Source: an uncultured Pseudomonadota bacterium (GTDB lineage Bacteria > Pseudomonadota > Alphaproteobacteria > JACZXZ01). Taken from it: a stretch of 64,000 bases of DNA. Where the stretch lies: contig CAVVLJ010000017.1 of the NCBI GenBank assembly GCA_963749075.1, positions 224,001-288,000 of the forward strand. The letters run 5' to 3'. The translations under genes and the position numbers were made by a program. Positions within the stretch are counted from its first letter, which is position 1. Every line of letters begins with the position of its first letter. The notes beneath the pieces are model-generated. The model did not search any database. It worked only from the letters and a program-made list of their open reading frames with translations, and was not told where the DNA came from. This document shows, one piece after another, positions 57,415 to 64,000 of the stretch.

Positions 57415-60315
57415 GTGGAAGGCATGGACGCGACACGGGCGGGCACATCGGCGGGCGATTCGCTGCGGCACCGGCGCGCCGCCGCCAAGGAGATCAAGCA
57501 CACCACGTGCTACATGTGCGCCTGCCGCTGCGGCATCGCGGTGCATCTCGAGGACGGCAAGCTGCGCTACATCGAGGGCAACCGCCGCCATCCGGTCAAC
57601 CGCGGCGTGCTCTGCGCCAAGGGCTCGGCCGGCATCATGCAGCATCACTCGCCGGCCCGGCTGCAAAAGCCGCTGAAGCGCACGGGCCCGCGCGGCAGCG
57701 GCGAATTCGTCGAGATCGAATGGGAGGAGGCGCTCTCGACCGCGACCGAGTGGCTCGCCGCCATCCGCCGCAGCGATCCCAGGAAGCTCGCCTTCTTCAC
57801 CGGCCGCGACCAGTCCCAGGCGCTGACCGGTTGGTGGGCGAGCCAGTTCGGCACGCCCAACTACGCCGCCCACGGCGGCTTCTGCTCGGTCAACATGGCG
57901 GCCGCCGGGCTCACCACGGTCGGCGGCTCCTTCTGGGAGTTCGGCGAGCCCGATTGGGAGCTTGCCAAGTATCTCATGCTCTTCGGCGTGGCCGAGGACC
58001 ACGACTCCAACCCGATCAAGATCGGCTTGACCAAGCTCAAGGAGCGCGGCGCCAAGTTCGTCTCGGTCAATCCCGTGCGCACCGGCTATTCCGCCGTCGC
58101 CGACGAGTGGATCGGCATCCGCCCCGGCACGGACGGCCTCTTCGTGCTCTCGCTCGTGCACGAGCTCTTGCGCGCCGACCGTATCGACCTCGACTATCTG
58201 GTGCGCTACACCAACGCGCCGTGGCTCACCATCGTCCATCCGGGCGGCGCCGACGACGGCCTCTTCGCGCGCGACGGCGGGGGCCGCGCGCTCGCCTGGG
58301 ACGGCAAGCGCAAGGGGGCCACGGCGGCGGAGGCGGCCGACATCTTCCCCACGCTCGTGGGCGAGGTCACGCTCGCCGACGGGCGCAAGGCGGTGCCCGT
58401 CTTCCAGCGCCTGGCCGAGCGCTACCTCGACGCGCAATATTCGCCCGACGCGGTCGCGGCGCGCTGCGGCATTGCCGCGGGCACCATCCGCCGCATCGCC
58501 GCCGAGCTCGCCCGCGTCGCCTTCGACGAGGAGATCGTCATCGAGCAGCCGTGGACCGACTGGGCGGGGCGGCGGCATGCGCGCATGGTCGGCCGCCCGG
58601 TCGCCGTGCACGCCATGCGCGGCATCTCCGCGCACTCCAACGGCTTCCACAGCTGCCGCGCGCTGCACATCCTGCAGATGCTGCTGGGCGCCGTCGACAC
58701 GCCGGGCTCCTGGCGCTACGAGGCGCCCTTTCCGCGGCCGATGCCGATGGGGCCCAAGCCCGCGGGCAAGCCCGGCGAGGTGCGCGCGGGCGCACCGCTC
58801 CCCGGCCCGCCGCTCGGCCTGCCGGGCGGGCCCGAGGATCTCCTCGTCGAGGCCGACGGCACGCCCGTGCGCATCGACAAGGCCTTCTCGTGGGAGGCGC
58901 CGCTCGCCGCGCACGGCATGATGCACATGGTGATCCGCAACGCCTGGGCGCGCGATCCCTATCCCATCGACACGCTGTTTTTCTACATGGCGAACATGGC
59001 GTGGAACTCGGCCATGAGCACGGCCGAGACCATGGCGATGCTCAGCGAGAAGGACGCGGCGACGGGCGAATACCGCATCCCGCGCATCATCTACAGCGAC
59101 GCCTTCTCCTCCGAGATGGTCGCCTATGCGGACCTCGTGCTGCCCGACACCACCTATCTCGAGCGCTGGGACTGCATCTCGCTGCTCGACCGCCCGATCA
59201 GCAATGCCGACGGCCCGGCGGACGCCATCCGCCAGCCGGTCCTCGTCCCCGACCGCGACGTGCGGCCCTTCCAGGACGTGCTCATCGACCTTGGCGCGCG
59301 GCTCGCCCTTCCCGGCTTCGTCGACGCTGCGGGCAAGCCCGCCTACAAGGACTACCCGGACTACATCCAGCGCCACGAGCGCAAGCCCGGCATCGGCCTC
59401 CTTGCCGGCTGGCGCGGCGAGACGGGCGAGGCGAGCGGCCGCGGTGCCGCCAATCCGCATCAGCTCGAGCGTTACGTCGAGAACCAATGCTTCTGGCAGC
59501 ACCCGCTGCCCCGCGAGGCGCGCTATTTCAAGCACGCCAACAAGGCCTATCTCGAGAGCGCCGTGCGCTTCGGCTTCATCGACAAGGCCGAGCCCATCAC
59601 CCTCCAGCTCTATAGCGAGCCGCTGCAGAAGTTCCGCTTGGCCGCCCTGGGCCACGGCGCCCATCAGCCGCCCGAACGCGACCGCGCGCGCATCGCCGCC
59701 TACTTCGACCCGCTGCCCATTTGGTACGCGCCCTTCGAGGACGCGGGCGCCGAGGCGGCGGGGACGTTCCCGCTTCACGCGGTGACGCAGCGGCCGATGC
59801 CGATGTACCACTCCTGGGGCTCGCAGAACGCCTGGCTGCGGCAGATCTACGCGAGCAACGCGCTCTACGTGAACAGCACGACGGCGGCGTCGCTCGGGCT
59901 CGGCGACGGCGACTGGGTATGGCTTGCGAGCCGCACCGGCCGCATCAAGTGCCGCATCAAGACCATGGACGGCGTCAATGCGCTCACGGTGTGGACGTGG
60001 AATGCCATCGGCAGGCGGGCGGGTGCCTCGAACCTGTCGGCCGACGCGCCCGAGTCGCGGCACGGCTTCCTCCTCAACCACCTGATCGCGGATCTGCTGC
60101 CCGCCGAGGGCGGCGCCAGCCGCGCCAACGCCGATCCGGTGACCGGGCAGGCCGCCTGGTACGACCTGCGCGTCCGCCTCGAGAAGGCGGCCCCCGAGGA
60201 GGCGGCCGAGACGTCGCCGCGCTTCGCACCGCTGGTGCGCGCCGTCGGACTGCCCGAGCCGCCGTCGCTCCTGCGCTACGGCGCCGAGTTCAATCCCGGC
60301 TTCCGCCATGACTAG
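57415..60315 (+). CDS. soeA: Sulfite dehydrogenase molybdoprotein subunit SoeA
   Basis: TTCYMCACRCG, FFTGRDQSQ, HGGFCSVNMAA, MRGISAHSNG, YHSWGSQNAWLRQ. No Tat signal. Start is 57415 or 57424. Confidence 0.88.
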   Translation: MEGMDATRAGTSAGDSLRHRRAAAKEIKHTTCYMCACRCGIAVHLEDGKLRYIEGNRRHPVNRGVLCAKGSAGIMQHHSPARLQKPLKRTGPRGSGEFVEIEWEEALSTATEWLAAIRRSDPRKLAFFTGRDQSQALTGWWASQFGTPNYAAHGGFCSVNMAAAGLTTVGGSFWEFGEPDWELAKYLMLFGVAEDHDSNPIKIGLTKLKERGAKFVSVNPVRTGYSAVADEWIGIRPGTDGLFVLSLVHELLRADRIDLDYLVRYTNAPWLTIVHPGGADDGLFARDGGGRALAWDGKRKGATAAEAADIFPTLVGEVTLADGRKAVPVFQRLAERYLDAQYSPDAVAARCGIAAGTIRRIAAELARVAFDEEIVIEQPWTDWAGRRHARMVGRPVAVHAMRGISAHSNGFHSCRALHILQMLLGAVDTPGSWRYEAPFPRPMPMGPKPAGKPGEVRAGAPLPGPPLGLPGGPEDLLVEADGTPVRIDKAFSWEAPLAAHGMMHMVIRNAWARDPYPIDTLFFYMANMAWNSAMSTAETMAMLSEKDAATGEYRIPRIIYSDAFSSEMVAYADLVLPDTTYLERWDCISLLDRPISNADGPADAIRQPVLVPDRDVRPFQDVLIDLGARLALPGFVDAAGKPAYKDYPDYIQRHERKPGIGLLAGWRGETGEASGRGAANPHQLERYVENQCFWQHPLPREARYFKHANKAYLESAVRFGFIDKAEPITLQLYSEPLQKFRLAALGHGAHQPPERDRARIAAYFDPLPIWYAPFEDAGAEAAGTFPLHAVTQRPMPMYHSWGSQNAWLRQIYASNALYVNSTTAASLGLGDGDWVWLASRTGRIKCRIKTMDGVNALTVWTWNAIGRRAGASNLSADAPESRHGFLLNHLIADLLPAEGGASRANADPVTGQAAWYDLRVRLEKAAPEEAAETSPRFAPLVRAVGLPEPPSLLRYGAEFNPGFRHD

Positions 60316-61048
60316 CCTGCCGCAGCGCCCGGCCGGCGCCAAGCGCCTCGGCCTCGTCATCGACCTCGACATCTGCGTCGGCTGCCATGCCTGCGCGGTC
60401 AATTGCAAGGAATGGAACTCGGGCGCCATCTCGGCGCCGCTCAGCGACCGCGACCCTTACGGCGCCGACCCCACGGGCGTGTGGTTCAACCGCATCCATG
60501 CCTTCGAGGTCGGCGAGGGCGAGGCCGGCCGCATGGTCTATTTCCCCAAATCGTGCCTGCATTGCGAGGAGCCGGCTTGCGTCGAGGTCTGCCCCACCGG
60601 CTCCTCCTACAAGCGCGCCGAGGACGGCATCGTGCTCGTCAATGCCGAGACCTGCATCGGCTGCAAGCTCTGCTCCTGGGCCTGTCCCTACGGCGCGCGC
60701 GAATTCGACGACGACGAGGGCGTCATGAAGAAATGCACGCTCTGCGTCGACCGCATCTATGACGAGGACCTGCCCGAGGAGGAGCGCGTGCCGGCCTGCG
60801 TCTCCACCTGCCCCGCCCATGCGCGGCATTACGGCGACCTCGGCGACCCGCACTCGGAGGTCTCGCGCCTGGTCTCCGAGCGCGGCGGCTACGACCTCAT
60901 GCCGGAGCTCGGCTACCGCCCGACCAACAAGTACCTGCCGCCGCGCGAGAAGACGTGCGCCGCCCCAGAGCGCGCCGCACCGGCGTCCCCGGCCGCGTCC
61001 GACGGCGGCCTCCTCCTCCGCTGGGTCGACCGCTTGCTTTCGCGCTGA
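60308..61048 (+). CDS. soeB: Sulfite dehydrogenase Fe-S subunit SoeB
   Basis: Four ferredoxin Cys clusters; LGLVIDLD.CVGCHAC. Confidence 0.88.
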   Translation: MTSLPQRPAGAKRLGLVIDLDICVGCHACAVNCKEWNSGAISAPLSDRDPYGADPTGVWFNRIHAFEVGEGEAGRMVYFPKSCLHCEEPACVEVCPTGSSYKRAEDGIVLVNAETCIGCKLCSWACPYGAREFDDDEGVMKKCTLCVDRIYDEDLPEEERVPACVSTCPAHARHYGDLGDPHSEVSRLVSERGGYDLMPELGYRPTNKYLPPREKTCAAPERAAPASPAASDGGLLLRWVDRLLSR

Positions 61049-61095
61049 GCCATGCTCTAAGAACTGGCGACTGCGCCCACGCCCATTGAGCCGCC

Positions 61096-62043
61096 ATGCA
61101 CCCGGACCGCTCCGTCATCCTCTTCACGGTCGCCTGCGGCGCCGGCTACGGCATGCTGCTGCTCTTCGGCATCCTCGCGCCGCTCGGCCTCTTTCCCGTG
61201 CGGCATGGCCTCGGCTTCGCGGCGGTGGCGACGGCGCTCGCGCTGGTGACGCTCGGCCTTCTTACCTCGAGCTTCCACCTCGGCCGCCCCGAGCGGGCAT
61301 GGCGGGCGTTTTCCCAGTGGCGCTCCTCCTGGCTCTCGCGCGAGGGCATCGCGTCGCTCGCCACCTACGTGCCGGCGCTGCCGCTCATGCTGGCCCTCCT
61401 CCGCGACGGACGCGTCGCCGGCTGGACGTTGCTTGCGGCAGTCGCGACGGCCCTCCTCTCCGCCGCGACGATCGGCTCCACGGCGATGATCTACCGTTCC
61501 CTCAAGCCCATCCACCAGTGGCACAACGGCTACGTGCTGCCCGCCTATTTCGCGATGGCACTCGCGACGGGCGGCTGCTGGCTCAATGCGCTGGCCTTCC
61601 TCTGGGGGGTGGGAACGAATGCGGCGGGCGGTGCCGCGGTCATCGCGATCGCCGCGGCGGCGCTCGTCAAGCTCGGCTATTGGCGCTTCATCGACGGCAC
61701 GCGCAGCCCGGCGGACGCGGGCAGCGCCACCGGCCTCGGCAAGCTCGGCCGCGTGCGCCTCTTCGAATCGCCCCACACCGCCGACAACTTCCTCCTCAAG
61801 GAGATGGGCTACCGCGTCGCGCGCAAGCACGCGGCCAAGCTGCGCCGCATAGCGCTCGATGCCGGCTTCTCCGCTCCCCTCGTGCTGACGGCGCTGCCGC
61901 TCGTGGCGCGCGGCTCGCTCGGCACGAGCTTCGCCGTCCTCGCGGCACTGCTGGCGACCGGCGGCGCCGTGGTCGAGCGCTGGCTCTTCCTCGCCGAGGC
62001 CAAGCACACCGTGACGCTCTATTACGGCGCCGAGACGGCGTGA
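61096..62043 (+). CDS. soeC: Sulfite dehydrogenase membrane anchor SoeC (DmsC family)
   Basis: MHP..SVI.FT, HLGRPERAWRAFSQWRSSWLSRE, ERWLF.AEAKH. Confidence 0.88.
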   Translation: MHPDRSVILFTVACGAGYGMLLLFGILAPLGLFPVRHGLGFAAVATALALVTLGLLTSSFHLGRPERAWRAFSQWRSSWLSREGIASLATYVPALPLMLALLRDGRVAGWTLLAAVATALLSAATIGSTAMIYRSLKPIHQWHNGYVLPAYFAMALATGGCWLNALAFLWGVGTNAAGGAAVIAIAAAALVKLGYWRFIDGTRSPADAGSATGLGKLGRVRLFESPHTADNFLLKEMGYRVARKHAAKLRRIALDAGFSAPLVLTALPLVARGSLGTSFAVLAALLATGGAVVERWLFLAEAKHTVTLYYGAETA

Positions 62044-62154
62044 GGCGGCCCAAGGAGGCGCCGCCGCATCTGCCGCTTGCATAGGGCGGCCCGTCCCGCC
62101 CATACTTTCTCGCCGAGCGGCTTCCGCGGCGGCCGCACTGCCCACGAGGATGTC

Positions 62155-63210
62155 ATGGCGAACCCGCTTCTCAGACTCTTCAACGACAGCGCCGCCGGAG
62201 CCCGCGGCAAGGTCATCGGCGTCTACGCGCTCCTCATCGGGGTCAATGTGCTGGCCTGGGCGTGGGCGTTCGCGGCCTTCGGCACTCACCCGGTCCTCCT
62301 CGGCACGGCCCTCCTCGCTTACACCTTCGGCCTGCGCCACGCGGTCGACGCCGATCACATCGCGGCGATCGACAACGTGACGCGCAAGCTCATGCAGGAG
62401 GGCAAGCGCCCGGTCGCGGTCGGCTTCTTCTTCTCGCTCGGCCACTCGACCGTGGTGATCGCGATGACCATCGGGGTCGCCATCGCCACCGTATCGCTCG
62501 AGTCGCACTTCGACGACTTCAAGTCGGTCGGCGGCGTCATCAGCACCGGCATCTCGGCGCTCTTCCTCTTCGCGATAGCGCTCGCCAACATCCTCATCCT
62601 GGCGTCGATCTACCGCACCTTCCAGGCGGTGAAGCGCGGCGCGCGCCTCGTCGACGAGGATTTCGACATCCTCCTCAACAGCCGCGGCCTTCTCGCGCGG
62701 CTCTTCCGCCCGCTCTTCCGCATGGTGAGCCGCAGCTGGCACCTCTTCCCGATCGGCATCCTCTTCGGCCTCGGCTTCGATACCGCGAGCGAGGTGGCGC
62801 TCTTCGGCATCTCGGCGGCGGAGGCCTCCAAGGGGCTGTCGCTGTGGTCGGTCCTGGTGTTCCCGGCACTCTTCGCCGCCGGCATGTCGCTCGTGGACAC
62901 CACCGACGGCATCCTCATGCTGGGCGCCTACGGCTGGGCCTTCATGAAGCCGGTCAGGAAGCTCTACTACAACATGACGATCACGGCCGTGTCGGTCGCA
63001 GTCGCGGTCGCCATCGGCGGCATCGAGACGCTGGGGCTGATCGGCGATCAGCTCGACCTCAAGGGCGTCCTCTGGGACGCGGTCGGCGCGCTCAACGACA
63101 ATTTCGGCACGCTCGGCTACATCATCATCGGCATCTTCGTCCTGAGCTGGGCCGCCTCGGTCGTCATCTACCGGATCAAGGGCTACGATTCGATCGAGGT
63201 CAGGTCCTGA
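62155..63210 (+). CDS. NiCoT family nickel/cobalt permease (HoxN/HupN/NixA)
   Basis: Signature GLRHAVDADHIAAID, FFSLGHSTVV, GLGFDTASE. Confidence 0.95.
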   Translation: MANPLLRLFNDSAAGARGKVIGVYALLIGVNVLAWAWAFAAFGTHPVLLGTALLAYTFGLRHAVDADHIAAIDNVTRKLMQEGKRPVAVGFFFSLGHSTVVIAMTIGVAIATVSLESHFDDFKSVGGVISTGISALFLFAIALANILILASIYRTFQAVKRGARLVDEDFDILLNSRGLLARLFRPLFRMVSRSWHLFPIGILFGLGFDTASEVALFGISAAEASKGLSLWSVLVFPALFAAGMSLVDTTDGILMLGAYGWAFMKPVRKLYYNMTITAVSVAVAVAIGGIETLGLIGDQLDLKGVLWDAVGALNDNFGTLGYIIIGIFVLSWAASVVIYRIKGYDSIEVRS

Positions 63211-63265
63211 GCCGGGCGCCGGCCGCAGGGACGGCATGGCGGCAGGCGGCGGAATTCTTCCCGGC

Positions 63266-63799
63266 ATGCCCGTCGCCAAGGGGCAGGGCCGGCACGGCTT
63301 GGGCGCCATCGCGACGGAGGACCTCGCGGAAGGCGCCGTGGTCATCCCGCAATGGCTCGAAATTGCCGAGCCGCTCGAGGGCTGGGCGCACGTCGACCGG
63401 CGCGAGGTGCGGCGGCTCGCGCCGCGCGCGCGCGCGTTCTTCCTCGATTACATGATGGACCTCGACTTCGATCTCCTGATCGGTCCGCTCTCGCCCGGCG
63501 CGGTCATGACGCCGGACTGCTTCGTCAATCATTCCTGCGCGCCCAACCTGCGCTTCGATCGGCGCGACAACGTGGTGGCCGCCCGGCGCATCCGGAGGGG
63601 CGAGGAGGTCGTCATCGACTACGGCTTCTTCAACGTGAACTTCGACCTCGAGTTCGCTTGCGCCTGCGGCTCGGCACAGTGCCGCGGCCGCGTCGGGCGG
63701 CGCGATTGGCAGGATCTCGCTCAGGTCTATGGCCTCGACATGCCGCGCTTCCTCCACGGCCGCTTGGCACGGCTCCTCGGTAATCGGAGAGTTGGCTGA
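63266..63799 (+). CDS. SET-domain protein with post-SET zinc motif
   Basis: GLGAIA, NHSCAPN, I..GEEV.IDY, CACGSAQCRG. Alternative start at 63236. Confidence 0.88.
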   Translation: MPVAKGQGRHGLGAIATEDLAEGAVVIPQWLEIAEPLEGWAHVDRREVRRLAPRARAFFLDYMMDLDFDLLIGPLSPGAVMTPDCFVNHSCAPNLRFDRRDNVVAARRIRRGEEVVIDYGFFNVNFDLEFACACGSAQCRGRVGRRDWQDLAQVYGLDMPRFLHGRLARLLGNRRVG

Positions 63800-63888
63800 G
63801 CCCGGCCAAGGCGCGCGGTGGGCGCCATCGAAAGCGACCGCGGGCTTTATGCCGATAAAACGGCGCAGCTCGCGAGACCGCGCGGCAG

Positions 63889-63977
63889 TGGTGCCCGCCG
63901 GGGGACTCGAACCCCCACCCCGGTTGCCCAGGAACGGATTTTAAGTCCGTTGCGTCTACCGGTTCCGCCAGGCGGGC
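63889..63977 (-). tRNA. tRNA-Leu (anticodon TAA)
   Basis: Acceptor stem GCCCGCC/GGCGGGC-ACCA, anticodon arm ACGGA-CTTAAAA-TCCGT, long variable arm, GGTTCGAG T-loop. Confidence 0.96.
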
Positions 63978-64000
63978 GACGTGCCAGCTCGGAGAGGCGG

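Noticed and set aside
57358-60429. 1023-aa minus-strand ORF
   Set aside because: Antisense shadow of soeA with no motifs.
63800-63940. tRNA-Leu as an integration site for an island in this window
   Set aside because: No duplicate of the tRNA 3' end and no adjacent integrase noticed.

Overview
GC-rich bacterial chromosome segment, most likely alphaproteobacterial, judged from the lepB-rnc-era...recO-parC order, the bpt/RDD pair, soeABC and the palindromic intergenic repeats. The backbone carries cystathionine beta-synthase and gamma-lyase, two ABC importers, a split glycan-modification gene set, two Mo-oxidoreductases, a Ni/Co permease, a SET-domain protein and tRNA-Leu(UAA). Several accessory insertions interrupt it. 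(1) A DUF262/GmrS-like gene runs off the left edge. (2) A ~5.8 kb REC-EAL plus hybrid-kinase island is bounded by a ~100 bp direct repeat that duplicates the 5' end of the RDD gene. (3) An intact ISAs1-family element sits inside a palindromic repeat, with 24 bp IRs and a 9 bp target duplication. (4) A ~7.3 kb block separates era from recO. (5) An HNH nuclease islet. The best candidate for an undescribed system is in the era-recO block: two tandem, near-identical ~60-aa peptides with a conserved leader and a C-x5-C 'CNxxHWCIIV' core, followed by two translationally coupled DUF6895-like/prenyltransferase-like helical proteins. This looks like a RiPP-type cluster with unknown Cys-directed chemistry. 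Two single-base frameshifts (Sel1 protein, livF) look like sequencing errors. All family assignments come from motif recognition by eye; no searches were run.
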